From NCBI GenBank assembly GCA_017654855.1, contig CM030336.1, forward strand, positions 930,001-994,000: 64,000 bases of DNA, in the 5' to 3' direction. The notes beneath the pieces were generated by a model, which searched no databases, was not told the DNA's origin, and worked only from the letters and a program-made list of their open reading frames with translations. The position numbers and the translations under genes are program-made. How positions within the stretch are numbered: position 1 is the stretch's first letter; each line of letters opens with the position of its first letter. Positions 36,079 to 47,689 of the stretch are shown here, piece after piece. Source of the stretch: Podospora anserina. Its lineage: Eukaryota.

Positions 36079-39000
36079 TGGGATAGGTAGCGGAGATCAG
36101 ATAAGCAGCAAGCTAGTCCATGTTCTAGCTTGGGGATGGCGGGCCAAGCACAAAAGGAACTTTTCTTTTTTGTTCTTTGCTAGTGCTTCCCCAAGTTTGC
36201 CCAGAAAGTGCCCACCAACGATCGTCCTCACCACCACCACATCGTCCACGACAATTTATTCTGCCAAAATCTTGTGGATGCAACGTCTTCCAAAGACTTG
36301 GCTGCTGTCCCAGGATCATGGAGATGCTTATTTTTGCAGATCAGGATACGTTCAGCTGTCGAACGCATGGTGAGGAGAGCTCCACCTTGCGACGTCGAGC
36401 TCCGCTGCATTTCCCCAGCTTCAACCCTGAGCTGGAGAGTCCCCTCAATTTCATGCGTCCAGGAAGCCCCGGTCTCCATGCCTCAAACAATCCTGGTGTT
36501 TCTCGGTCCAGGCCGATGATGCATTTGCAGTCCACCGAGTTGTGGATGTTGCTGCTTGTGCAAGTGTCACTCAAAGGCTGAAGCTTCACGCCTCTTTCTT
36601 CGTATCACCGGTGTACAATTCCGCCAGACTCCGAGTCTTGCCGTCCCCTCGAATCTCGAACGGCAACCGCTCAGATGGTCAGAAAGGGGGGCACAGCTTT
36701 TCTGGTGCGAGGATGGTTGCACTGAGCAGCGCCGGCGGTGTCTGATTTCCCATGCAACGTTCCGAGTCCTGTCCGACGCGACAAAGTCTTGTGCTACACA
36801 GTTTCAAGTCCACTTCATGGTTGAGCAACTTTCCTCTTGCAATGAAAACCAGCACACTGTCTTGCTTGTCGATTTTGCCCTGATGGTATGCTCCTACACT
36901 ACCTAACCAGGAACTAGACATGTCGTTAACTTGTCCCAGGATTATTACCTAAAGCATTCCCAAAAAGGCGAGTGTGCATCAGCTCTCAGCGTCATCACTC
37001 CTGACAGGGACAAAGGCACCACCGGCTAGCTGAAAAGGTCCTCAGAGGCTCAGAGACAATGTTCACGTGCGGGCCCCGTTCCCCTCGTGCTGGCTAATAA
37101 TGGAGCATGATGGTTTCCCCGGACTTTTCGCCAAACGCAGATTCCCTATGTCACCGTCCTCGACCTCGTGACAGATCTCGTTCTTTGTTGACCGTCAAGC
37201 CACTGAACCATTCCAGTCAACAACTCCTCCAACCTGGAAGCGCCACCGATTCTGTGGCGCTTCCTCGCCCATCAACCGCGCCAAGTGGCAAGGGCTGGCG
37301 GGGCAGCCGGGGGCGGGAACGAGGGTGCGGCAGACGGTTGATGCCAAGGAGAAACCGAATGCGGGGGAAAAAAGCTTGAGATTTTTGGGGGGTGGTGCGG
37401 GAAGCGAAAGTCGGTTGCTTTTCGACGAGCGCCGGGATGGGAAACTTGACCGTCGCTGTCGCTGCATTGGGCACCGTGAAGCGAAGGGATGTGGACGATG
37501 AAAGAAAATGCCATTCTGCGATGTCGAGACATCAAGCCTTGTGATCATTTGAAGGTGCCGCTTTCTTTTGGATAGCATCCATCAGAAGGTAATAACGGCA
37601 AGAAACATTACGGTACGTTACGCACTTTTCACCTCTCCCGTGTCTCTCCCACAACCCGCCATCTCTTGTTCCCGATCTGACACAGTTTCTCGCAGGTCCC
37701 AAAAAATATTACGCCCTTTCTGGTTGCAGAAATCACGCAGACCGATCCCTAATCCCGTTGCGGACGACGGCCAACGGCATTGAAACGATCATCGAGAAAA
37801 CGGCTTCCCCCGTGGCAAGGATTGGCAATCCTCGCAATTATTAGCAGGCGGACCTTGCGAGCTAGTGGCTGTCTGCCGATCGCACACACGCCACACCGCG
37901 GTTTTTGAAGGTCTTGTGGAAAGGGAAAGGATGAACAAAAAGGTACAGATTGGCGTAGGTGCCGCTTCGTTGCACCGCAGCGAATTAGAAGGACAAGAAG
38001 TGGACAAATTGTGGGTGAGTTCAAGGCTCCAACAAGGAAACTTGAGGAGCTGGTATTCTCTGGTCGGCGAGGAAGCTGGCCAGTCATGGCTGTCGGTGGC
38101 TGCCCTCCATGTTGGCCCTCATGCTGCAACCAGCTGTCCACCACCCGAACCGTGCCGTAACATGTGCGGACATTGCGCTCCATGGCTGTCTTGATATGCC
38201 AACCAACCAGTCCCCAGGAGATCTCGATGGCAGGAAAATGGTGAGAGGATCATGGGGGGGGGTTCCTCTGCTTCTTATCACTTTGTCCACATGTTGACAG
38301 ATAAGACCAAGGTGAGACTTGCACCTCCCATCTGCCGGATCTGCAGCCCGCGCACGCCCATCGTGAACCCCAATCAAACCCAACCTCATGGCGTTGTTGA
38401 CATCGGGAGGGATCTCTTTGTGAATTGGGATCGACAAGGCTGCGATGATGACTGATGATGTTGACCTTGCCCCTCGTGCCCCTGTTCAACCGTTTCTTCA
38501 ACAAGGAAAGGAAAGAAGCAACGGGATGCTTGCGCAAGCACAAGAAAAACGAAGGAAGAGCCGGCTTGTCAAGTCCAAGGAGATTTATTTGCAACCGTTT
38601 TGTGCCAAGATCCTTGCCAAGTCTTCAACGTTTATGCATGACGATGGCACAGCACGGGCCTGAGTCGTGATGGGCACATCCTGGGAGCCTGGTCGTGGGC
38701 TTGGTCTGGGTTTGATGAAAATCTTTTATGAGGGATATGCTCGATAGAATGCAGTTCAATTGTGAATAGAACTAAACTATTTGAAAATATGACTTGTCAG
38801 GTGATGATCTGTGAAAAGACTAACAAGCGCTCCCTTGTCAACGAGACTTCCTCGATTATGAAGTCATGTTGAAATAACTTCTATTTCTAATTCCTCTTTG
38901 CATGCGTTTATATGAGGCAGGCTCATGACTGGCGCATATTCATGTATCAAACCTATTGCTGAACTAGGTTGATTGTAGAGCTACCATTTTACACACGTCA

Positions 39001-39170
39001 GCTTATGTTGGTATACCGTTCAGTACCCATCGTATAAAATTGTAACTGCATATGACCAAGTTCTAATCTCACTTCAATGTCTTTGCATGCTGACTTTGTA
39101 TATGCAATCCAAACCATAAAAGACAAACTCCATACAACGCCCGTGATACCTACCCTACCTTATGCTCTAC

Positions 39171-40865
39171 TCACAACTGCCCATACCCCAGAACCCTAGC
39201 CAAATGCCCCCTCGCCTCCTCAGCAAACCACTCAACCACCTTCCTCTCCCCGTTCTTCTCTTTCATCTTGTCTGTGACCACCATCTCCATCAGCTCCCGT
39301 GCCTCGGCAGTCATGGACTCAGCCCTTTTCTCATACCCACCCGCGGGGTTCTCCCCAAACAGCCTCTCGTCGATAAACTTCCAGTAGATAGGGTCTAACC
39401 CATATGATCTCCTCGCAGCATAGTTGATCCAAAAGCTCCCATCTTCCCAGTTCTTTCTCATCCTGACGGAGAGAGGTGGTTCTTTTGGTCCTTCCTGGTT
39501 GGTAGATATAGTGGTAGTAGTGGTGGTGGTGGTGCTGCTGCTGCTGCTATCTCCCGATATATGAAGGTTGTCAAGCCGCTCTGACACCGTCCCGTCTTCT
39601 GCCACCTTATCGTCTTCCAACGGCTCCCCAAGACAAGGTACAGTCACCTCCTGTCCCTTTCCCAGTTTTTCCTCCTCCTGTTCCAACGCCCTGAGGAAAA
39701 TCCCCAGATACTTCGGATACTTTCCCACCCAATCATCTAACCCCCCTTCCACCCCACCATTCCACATATCTGGCTTCCTCAGCATCAACCACCAGGGCGG
39801 ATCGGCCGCCATCGACCTCGGCCCGAACCAAGCCCATTCCCAATCAATCACCGCCCTCACCTCCCCCGTCTCGGGATCAACCAGCACGTTGTGCGGCGTC
39901 AAGTCGTCGCAGATGAGCTTGAACGTCTCGGGCGTCGGTGTGATGTGCTCCTGCCGACTCGTGTAGCTTGGTGACGGCAGCAGGTTCATGTACGCCGCCC
40001 TGCGGAGCATGTGCCGGGCCGTGTACTTGTCCCGGGCGTCGTCCGCCGACTCAACGGCGTCGTTGCGCTGGAAGACGAGCTGGGCAATGTGGAGGTCGGT
40101 GAGGAACTGGTAGACCTCGTGGGAGGTGTTGAGGACGCGGTTGGAGGGGCCGAGGACAGACTCGGGGCAGCCGGCCATGGTGATGGTGTCGGTTAGGGTC
40201 TGGGGGAGGGCGCGGGCGTGGACGGTGTACTCCCCGTCCACGTAGCCGAGGCAGCCGCTTTGGGGCATGGTGAGTTTGTCGAGTTGGAGGAGGATGTTGC
40301 TCATCTGGCGGTAGAGGGAGAGGATCTTGTCTTCGGGCATGGTTGGGTTGATAGTGTTTGGGGCTTCGGGGTCGGTGTCTGGGTCTGCGAGAAAGGTGGA
40401 CAGGTGGACTAGGTTTGGGTGGTAGTCCATGATGATGAAGGGTCCGAGGCCGGTGGGATTTTGCGAGGCGGTGCCCGAGTGGTAGATGTGCGGGATGGGG
40501 ATGGTGGTGTTTGCCGCGACGTAACGCATGAGGTTGACTTCAGCTTGGACTTTCTCTTCTCTCAGTTCCAGGCTGAAGCGCGGGAGCGGGACGCGCATCA
40601 TGCCGTAGCTCTCGGGATCTTGGAACTCAATGACGAAGACGGCGTTGTAGCTCCCGCAGAGGGATGAGTGCCATTTCCCAGCTCTTCCGCCGTGGTACTT
40701 CTTGACTATGCGGATGATCTCTGTGCGCAACTCGGGATTCTGGATCTTTTCATTGACCCAGTCATATGACGCTTCTTGACGCTCTTCCACCATTTCATCT
40801 CCATACATGGCGACCTCGCGCGTCCGGCGATCCGGTCGAGGTTCCGGTGAAGGCTGTTCGGACAT
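39171..40865 (-). CDS. Aminoglycoside phosphotransferase / choline-kinase-like protein (564 aa)
   Basis: GSYNAVF, MRVP, EVNLMRYV..TIPIP, FIIMDY and Brenner-type CDDLTPHNVLV..VIDWEW. Confidence 0.88.
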   Translation of the reverse strand: MSEQPSPEPRPDRRTREVAMYGDEMVEERQEASYDWVNEKIQNPELRTEIIRIVKKYHGGRAGKWHSSLCGSYNAVFVIEFQDPESYGMMRVPLPRFSLELREEKVQAEVNLMRYVAANTTIPIPHIYHSGTASQNPTGLGPFIIMDYHPNLVHLSTFLADPDTDPEAPNTINPTMPEDKILSLYRQMSNILLQLDKLTMPQSGCLGYVDGEYTVHARALPQTLTDTITMAGCPESVLGPSNRVLNTSHEVYQFLTDLHIAQLVFQRNDAVESADDARDKYTARHMLRRAAYMNLLPSPSYTSRQEHITPTPETFKLICDDLTPHNVLVDPETGEVRAVIDWEWAWFGPRSMAADPPWWLMLRKPDMWNGGVEGGLDDWVGKYPKYLGIFLRALEQEEEKLGKGQEVTVPCLGEPLEDDKVAEDGTVSERLDNLHISGDSSSSSTTTTTTTTISTNQEGPKEPPLSVRMRKNWEDGSFWINYAARRSYGLDPIYWKFIDERLFGENPAGGYEKRAESMTAEARELMEMVVTDKMKEKNGERKVVEWFAEEARGHLARVLGYGQL

Positions 40866-41674
40866 GGTGTGGGAAATTAAAGGTTGAGCACTTCGACCAA
40901 AAAGTTAGCATTGAACTTTCCTGTGTAATGTCGATTGCTCGTTGCTGATAAATGATGTTGTAGAATTGAACCAAGACGCCTCAAAACGCAGGAGTTTGTT
41001 GGTGTTGGTCCAGCACGCATTTGGGGCCCCTGGCCGAGAATTTGGCGCCGTATCATTGGGGCTGTGTTTTGCAGCCAACCCCCAAACTGTGCCCCCATCA
41101 AAACATGAGTGTTTCCCGGTTCGTCGTTCGTCAATAGCGGAACTCGATCCCGACAGTCTGGTTCAATGCACTTTGCCATGTCCGATCTGCGCTCAGGTCG
41201 TTGCACTGAAACAAGAAGCCGAACGCGCCGAGAAGAGGTGTGATATCTATGGAAGGCTCGCGTCCCAGCAGAAACTTGGAGAGTGGGAATCGGGGCCTAA
41301 TCGAGCAGTGCAGAGTGACTTCCAACAGCATCATAGCATCTTAAACCCCTTTCTGGAAGTCGCATGATGCACCGCGGTGGGCTTCTCACCATCTTTGGAC
41401 CTGTTGAAGACCTGTGTGAGCGTCTTTTTTGAGACCAACAGGCCTAGGACGCCACGAATAGTTCTGTTGACGTAAATTTTGATGCCAAAAATGGCTACAT
41501 ACCTAGAAAGCCTTGAAAGAGTCCTGAGATGTGTTGCGTATAAGAAGACAGTAAATCCAACCTAAGAAGAACCCGATTTTCTCACTCCAGCTCATCATTC
41601 GCACTTTTCCAGTCCGGCACTGAAACCTTACAAGATCGCATACCTCTATTTCAAACACCCAAGCAGCCTTCAAA

Positions 41675-42214
41675 ATGTCCAGAAATCCCAGCCGCTCCAA
41701 CTCTCCCGCCCCTCGCCAGAGCACCATCACCGAGAGCACCCTCTCCTCCGGGTTTGGTGATTATGGCTCCCCCGGAGTAGAAGGCTTTGCCCGCCCTCCT
41801 TCTCGCAGCTCTAGCACGGCTGCCCAGCGTGGAAGCGCCAGCACCTTCAGCAGCACTACTGCTCAGCGTGGAAGCACAACCACCACGGCTGGCCGCACCC
41901 CCTCAACTCCGGCGCGCCCAGCCTCTCCCGGTCCTCGACCAGGGAGCTCTGGCGGTGTTCGCCCAGGCAGTTCAGGTGGCGGTCGCCCAGGCAGCTCAGG
42001 CAGTGCAGGCTCCGGCGACTCCATCATTCCAACCGAGGGTAATGTGCCCGCAGCACTCCTCAACCGGGGCAAAAGGTCGCAGGAAGACAGGCAGAGGCTT
42101 GCCATTGGAGAGTCCAATGCTTCTATGCTGGATTCCCGTGGCCGTTCGGCTCGCCCCTCCCGTGACAGGAAGTCCAGAAAGGACGGCTCCAAGTCTTCTT
42201 CTCGCTCTCGCTAA
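41675..42214 (+). CDS. Small disordered Ser/Gly/Arg-rich protein with RPGSSG repeats (179 aa)
   Basis: TTCAAAATG start. RPGSSG x3 and STAAQRGS/TTAQRGS x2. Confidence 0.7.
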   Translation: MSRNPSRSNSPAPRQSTITESTLSSGFGDYGSPGVEGFARPPSRSSSTAAQRGSASTFSSTTAQRGSTTTTAGRTPSTPARPASPGPRPGSSGGVRPGSSGGGRPGSSGSAGSGDSIIPTEGNVPAALLNRGKRSQEDRQRLAIGESNASMLDSRGRSARPSRDRKSRKDGSKSSSRSR

Positions 42215-42803
42215 GCAACTCGATGGGCTTGAGCGTGCAGGTGTCCGGCATTCAGAAAGGAACTTGATTTGATTTCCCGCTTGGATGGCGTATTAGGTTA
42301 CATTTATCGCTTTGCTTTGTCGAGTTCGTTTTCGTTCTAGAATGGGTATGGATACATGGAGGAGGAGTTCTGGTTTGGGTGCTCGTTAGTGTCTGTGGTG
42401 TGGAAGAGATAACAATAGAAATTTGGGATGCCTTGCTGGACAAGGCTATGCAAACCAATCCCCCGTTCCGTCTCTACGCCACCGAATGTGAATTGTTGCG
42501 CTGTACAGATGAGGTTACCACTCCGACTGCCTAGCTGGTCCTGTGGAGGGAGCCGGGCAAGGTCAAAAGAATTGCTGAGGCGCTAACCGCCATGTGTGTC
42601 GGAACACACATTTATCTGTTAGCGCGGTAGCACTTGCACCCAGTTATGGTGGCTGTGCTTAGGAGGCGGTGCTCCCGAACGCTGAGCTCATCAGCAACCT
42701 ATGCGAGATCAACACTCACGAAAAAGCGCCAATCCACCCATGGTTCCCTTCCACAAGCCTTCATTCCCGGCGTTTCTTGACCACTTCGAACCACCACGAC
42801 ATC

Positions 42804-43190
42804 ATGGAACGCCCAACCCGACGACCCACCCGGCATGCCGGCCCAGACAAGTCCTACTCAACCGATCTTGGCTCGACCTCTACCGGGCCGAGCCACTCAG
42901 CAACTGTGTCCACAATCGCCGAAGCTGGCGCCGAAATTGAGGCCAACCGGCAGCGGCGCCTCGAAGCCGAACAGGCGGCCGAGCGGGTCCGCCAAGATAT
43001 TGAGCGGATCCTCCAGCGGGGTCCGCTATCGGAGGAGAGAATGGAGGAGCTGTCCATCGCGGCAGAGGAGTTTTATCGGCAGTCAATGGAAAGGAGAAGG
43101 AAGCGGCAGTTGAGAGAGCTGGCAATCGCTGCTGGAGTGTTTCTCGTGGCACTGGTTGCCTGGTGGGCTTGGTGGAGGATTGAATGGTGA
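42804..43190 (+). CDS. Small tail-anchored membrane protein with coiled coil (128 aa)
   Basis: ATCATGG start, E/R-rich helix and a single C-terminal TM segment (LAIAAGVFLVALVAWWAWW). Confidence 0.65.
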   Translation: MERPTRRPTRHAGPDKSYSTDLGSTSTGPSHSATVSTIAEAGAEIEANRQRRLEAEQAAERVRQDIERILQRGPLSEERMEELSIAAEEFYRQSMERRRKRQLRELAIAAGVFLVALVAWWAWWRIEW

Positions 43191-43943
43191 CTAGGATTAT
43201 AATTCTCAATTCGCAAGGCTCCAGTGACGATGATCGATCGACGTAACGTCAATTCTCCCAGCTGGTAGGTAGGATCTAAGATGGTGTTTAAACGGTCTGG
43301 TAGTAGAATGGGTGTTCGTAGGAGGAATGGACGGTCGAGGGATCAACGTCTTCGAACAGGATCTGCTTGAAAAGTAGGGATCGCGTCGATGACGAGATTG
43401 CTAGTGCTGATCTTCTAGTCTTTTTTAAACAGAATCAGTCAGTGGGATCCTGTTTTTAGTAAGGTACATGTGGTAATACTAGCCGTCAGTGTAATGCGTG
43501 ATGATGAATTCAAGGAGAAACTGTGGGGTAGTTGTTGCAGGAATAAAAATGACGCGGTTGCTCTGGTTGGAGTGTTTTTGTCAAGGAACGGAGCTCCTAA
43601 GGGCAGTGCCTTCCCGCCGGAATTCAGCTACAGTCGGGTGGTAGGCTAGCAGGATTGCACTCAGATGTCGCGCCGCCAAAGTAGGAGAAAGGGACTACCG
43701 CACCTACAGTACAGGTACTCCGGCTTCCGCCTTTTCATTATGCCATGCCCAGGCTCACCCTGGCCGCACGTTTGACGGTCCGCCCGAGCCGTACCTGACC
43801 TACTTCCAACCGTCAAAATTTCCATCGATTCTGGCCATACGTTACACGGGCAGGCAAGACACACAAAGCTCCTATGTGCACGATTTGTAGTTTTCTAGTC
43901 CTCCGCCATAGTCCCTGTCTCTCTGTCTCCTTTACTAACAGGC

Positions 43944-44534
43944 TTATGCACCGATCTATCAAAGTTTCTCGCGTTAGCATCGAATTCTATAGCTGCTCAT
44001 GCGCCCAAAGGTCCCAAGAAGCGAAACTTTGACATACCTGCCAAACATCCAACCCAACCCCAACCTCATTCGGTCCTCCAGTGGCATACGCAACAGCCGA
44101 GTTCAACCACTCGTACTTTGGGCTCGCCGTCTCGAACAGGATGTGCACATGAGGCGCGTGTCCCTTCTCGAAGATCAAGATCGTGGCGTTGTCATCGGTG
44201 TGCAACGAGTAGAGGGCGTCTGGGCTGAACACACCCTGGCGTGAGGTCAGGCCCCAGTCGAGGCCCTTTCCAACTGTCCCTATTTGTGGTATTAGCGACA
44301 CAACATTCGTTTAAACGGGTCGCAGTTCCTACCACTGATCTTCGGGCCTACAGCATTCCCGCCCGAGATTGTCAATAGATCCCTTGTGCCGTAGGGGACA
44401 GAACCGATGGAAATGGGTTCCGCGAAGGTCAGGTTAACGCTGAAGAGGTAGGTTAGGGTCGGAGGGGCGGGATCGACAGCTAGCGCTGCCACAGCGAGGG
44501 CACAGAGGGCAGATAAACTACTAAGGGATAACAT
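43944..44534 (-). CDS. Secreted DUF3237 (UPF0311-like beta-barrel) protein; two introns
   Basis: Signal peptide, ISGGNAVGPKISG|..GLDW..LHTDDNATILI..FETASPKYEWLN. Introns ~44281-44332 and 43956-44037. Confidence 0.85.
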
Positions 44535-45283
44535 GATGGTCACTGAGCGCTGACTAGGTAACAAAGGGTTGGTTTGGAGCCAACTCCACAGCTCAGAAAG
44601 GAAGGAACAATGATCATTTATGCTTGCTGTTTTTCATGTGCCCCTGTCAGCACTACGAGCCGCCACCTCATATCCTCCCGCGTTCGCACAACAGAGTAGC
44701 TAACGGCTAAACTGGAACCGCAACAGAACCCTGCAGTGATTAGGTGCCCTCTTTTGCCTGAAGCAACCAGCGCATACATCGCAGTCAGATCTGTCTCGCA
44801 CATCACCGGGAATCCCAAGAGTCCGAGGAGATAGATCACCTCGAGATGAGATCGCCTTGTTCCTGCAGGTAATATCTGAAGCGAGTCGGTTCCTACATAC
44901 ATCCGTGGGACAGTTGGGCCTAGAAGTTCCTATCAATATGCCAAATATCATCAGGGAACAGCTAAAACAATTCATGAGGATACATTATCGCATGCGCAAA
45001 AGAAATCGAAGTCAATTGACCGTCTCCTCTACTAAACGCTCAAAGCTATGGATGCCAAAGATAGGAATCCCGTTCCCATCCTATGCGACCAGCCTCAGGT
45101 CAGCCACTCCACTCCCATAAATTCCTTGCCCATTCCAGACGGGTGTCGACATGCCCCCAAATAGCACCCGATCCTCCTCCCCCAGATCTCAATCAGATAC
45201 CATCAGTTCCATGCCTACTCATCCATCTCTCAAGCAAGATCCATATCATCGCCATTGTTGGTATTCCCCGGTAGTCAATGAAT

Positions 45284-45746
45284 TTAGAGCCAGACCCAAG
45301 AACCCTGGATGCGGCCACGGCCGAGATCAGCGAGCTGCGAGAAGGCAGCGGGGCTGAGATCCAAGCTGCCGGCGGAGCAGGCAGGGCAGCGGTCGATAAC
45401 GGCGACCTTGACGGACTTGCCCTCGAAGCTGGCGCGGAGGCGGCGACCGCAGAGGGGGTTGTTGTTGGGGTTGCCGCCAGGGGTCTGGGGGTCGAAGTCG
45501 GCGTGGGAGAGGGCGACGACGAACTCGCTGTCCTGGTGGAGCTGGCCGCAGGCGCCGAGGCCGGCAGAGGGGCCTGTCTAGGTAGTGGTTAGTAACTGGC
45601 ATTTAGAGTTGTTTGAGATATAGAGTGGACATGCTGTAGTGGGTGAAGTCACCGGAGGCGGCGGCGGCAGCGTTGGTAGGGGCAGCCATGGCAGAAGAGG
45701 CGAAGATGGCGACGAGACCAGCAGCGAAGGTGGTGAAAGAGACCAT
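45284..45746 (-). CDS. Secreted RlpA-like double-psi beta-barrel (expansin-like/loosenin-like) protein; GC-AG intron 45574-45634
   Basis: Signal peptide, GDFTHYS|PSAGLGACG..FVVAL..NPNNNPLCG..VAVIDRCPAC..LDLSPAAF. Confidence 0.88.
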
Positions 45747-46702
45747 TTTGACGGTTGTGGAAGGTTGGTTGTTTGTGAGTGGTGAAGGTGAGTTGTGAGA
45801 GTTGCTTGAGAGGTCTCAAAGAGTGAAGTGATTGATGTTGCTGCGTGGTGAAGAAGAGAAAGGGGAGGCAATAGAGGTAGGAGAACGATGTCTTTATTGG
45901 TTTCTGGAAGAAGTCTCTGGCGGAGGGCGTCGAAGGTCATGATGGGTCATCTGGAGCCCATCCGTACGTACCCCACTGCTTGGGTTAAAGGAAAGGAGCG
46001 GTATTACAGGAGATAGTGGGTCTGTACTTGGGATGAGGCCGGCTATCTCTATCACGAGGTCTCTTTCGGGAGCCATAGGGGGTCATTCCGTTTGCTGCGC
46101 CAAGTTCATTACTTGTGATGATCGCCTGTAGTCTTTGTTTCGGAGCTCCTCGAGGTCACGGCAGCCTCAGCCCAATGGAGATCGAGATATCAACAAATTC
46201 CAGTACAACGGAATGCAGTGGTCATTTAGTATCTGAGACCCTGCACATTCATTTCTAGTTGCTCCTCCTTTTCCGCCGACAGTCACACCCTGCCGTTTGG
46301 GGCCGTAAGACCCCGCCTGACACTCTGTTGAATCCCGATATCCAGAGCTCTGCTCCGGCTTGCTGGAGCAAATGGCAGAAGAATGAAGAAGGGAATCAGA
46401 TCGTTTGGGGACCTCGTCTGTTGAGGGTGTCATCTTTCAGCTTGGAGCTCTCATCCGGTTGCTGATAGCTCACGAGAGACTCGAGCGTGGGTTAGGGTTG
46501 ATACCTCAAGCCCCTTTTTCTTTGTTTACAGCTGTGGATCCATACTTCCATCACGACGGCAACGTCCCTTTTGCTGATGTGACACTAGACGTAGAACCAT
46601 TTCAGGGACTTCTTCAACAACGTTGGTCTAAGTTCTGACCATGTATCCAATGCTACGATCGATCTTTGATACTATTCCACCACGATATACCCAACCTAAC
46701 CA

Positions 46703-47689
46703 TTATCCATTCAGCGCCGCCTCCAGCGTCATCTTACCCCAAAGCCAGTCATCCACCTCCGACCCCTCCATCCTCGCCACCTCATCAGGGGGAGACCTAC
46801 CCCTCAACTGCCACGACGCATGCTGAGAAGGGTTCTCCACATACCCCCTCAACTTCGCAACCTCAAGACTATCCTCCCCCTCAATTACAACCCTAACATC
46901 GAGCGCCCGCTGAGCAAAGATCTTGGCCCTCCTCTCATCCGCATACATGCACGCAATCTGAAACGCAACAACATGCACCTTCGGAATCGACTGATCCCAG
47001 ATCCCCTCCTCCCTAAAAACCGCAAATATCTCCCGCAACAGCGCCAGCGCCTTTGCGTAATAGAAGGTCCCATTACCATCCTCGAGTTCATGCTCAATCG
47101 CCGCAATCTCCAACAAGCGCATATCGCTCTCCTCGCTCGCCCCCGGCGACAAGCCACACAGCTCACACTCGCAGTGAAAGAAGAAGCAATCCTCCAGAAA
47201 CTTTTGGCGGTGCACCCGCGGTCCAGTCTGCGTCATGTACGAAACGGTGAGCTCCTCCCCGTCTTGAATATCCCTCAGCGCGTGGATGGTCAACCGCTCG
47301 GTCTTGTTATTCCAATTGTAATGTGTGTTGGGCCGGCAAGAGTGATTCATGCAAGACATCTCAAGGAACAGCCCACCCTCCGGTTCGTGGGTGCCAAAGA
47401 GGAGGACGTTGGTTTTGGCGATGCCGAAGATAGGCCTGACACCCGATTCTTTGCTGTACGAGTTGCGCAGGGAGACGTAGGCACGCTTCTGGTCCTTGGT
47501 TAGGTGGTGAAGCTCCGAGACGATGAGCGCTTCTAAGACGTCGGGACGTATTTCGACAGATGAGACCTGGAATAAGGGCGCTTCGGAGAGGATGCGGGTT
47601 CCTTTGGGGATTTTGGAGGTGGCGATGAGTCCTTTGCCTTTGCCAGGGACTTCGCGCATGACGTAGGGTTTTGTGGCGGCTTTCTCCAT
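46703..47689 (-). CDS. SET-domain lysine methyltransferase (SET5/SMYD-like, with TPR-like C-terminus)
   Basis: GKGKGLIAT..GTRILSE, MNHSCRPN, GEELTVSY and post-SET FHCECELC. Confidence 0.9.
   Translation of the reverse strand: MEKAATKPYVMREVPGKGKGLIATSKIPKGTRILSEAPLFQVSSVEIRPDVLEALIVSELHHLTKDQKRAYVSLRNSYSKESGVRPIFGIAKTNVLLFGTHEPEGGLFLEMSCMNHSCRPNTHYNWNNKTERLTIHALRDIQDGEELTVSYMTQTGPRVHRQKFLEDCFFFHCECELCGLSPGASEESDMRLLEIAAIEHELEDGNGTFYYAKALALLREIFAVFREEGIWDQSIPKVHVVAFQIACMYADERRAKIFAQRALDVRVVIEGEDSLEVAKLRGYVENPSQHASWQLRGRSPPDEVARMEGSEVDDWLWGKMTLEAALNG

Noticed and set aside
40877-41367. Short overlapping ORFs with Cys pairs
   Set aside because: No convincing start, codon bias or domain, so a gene cannot be supported.
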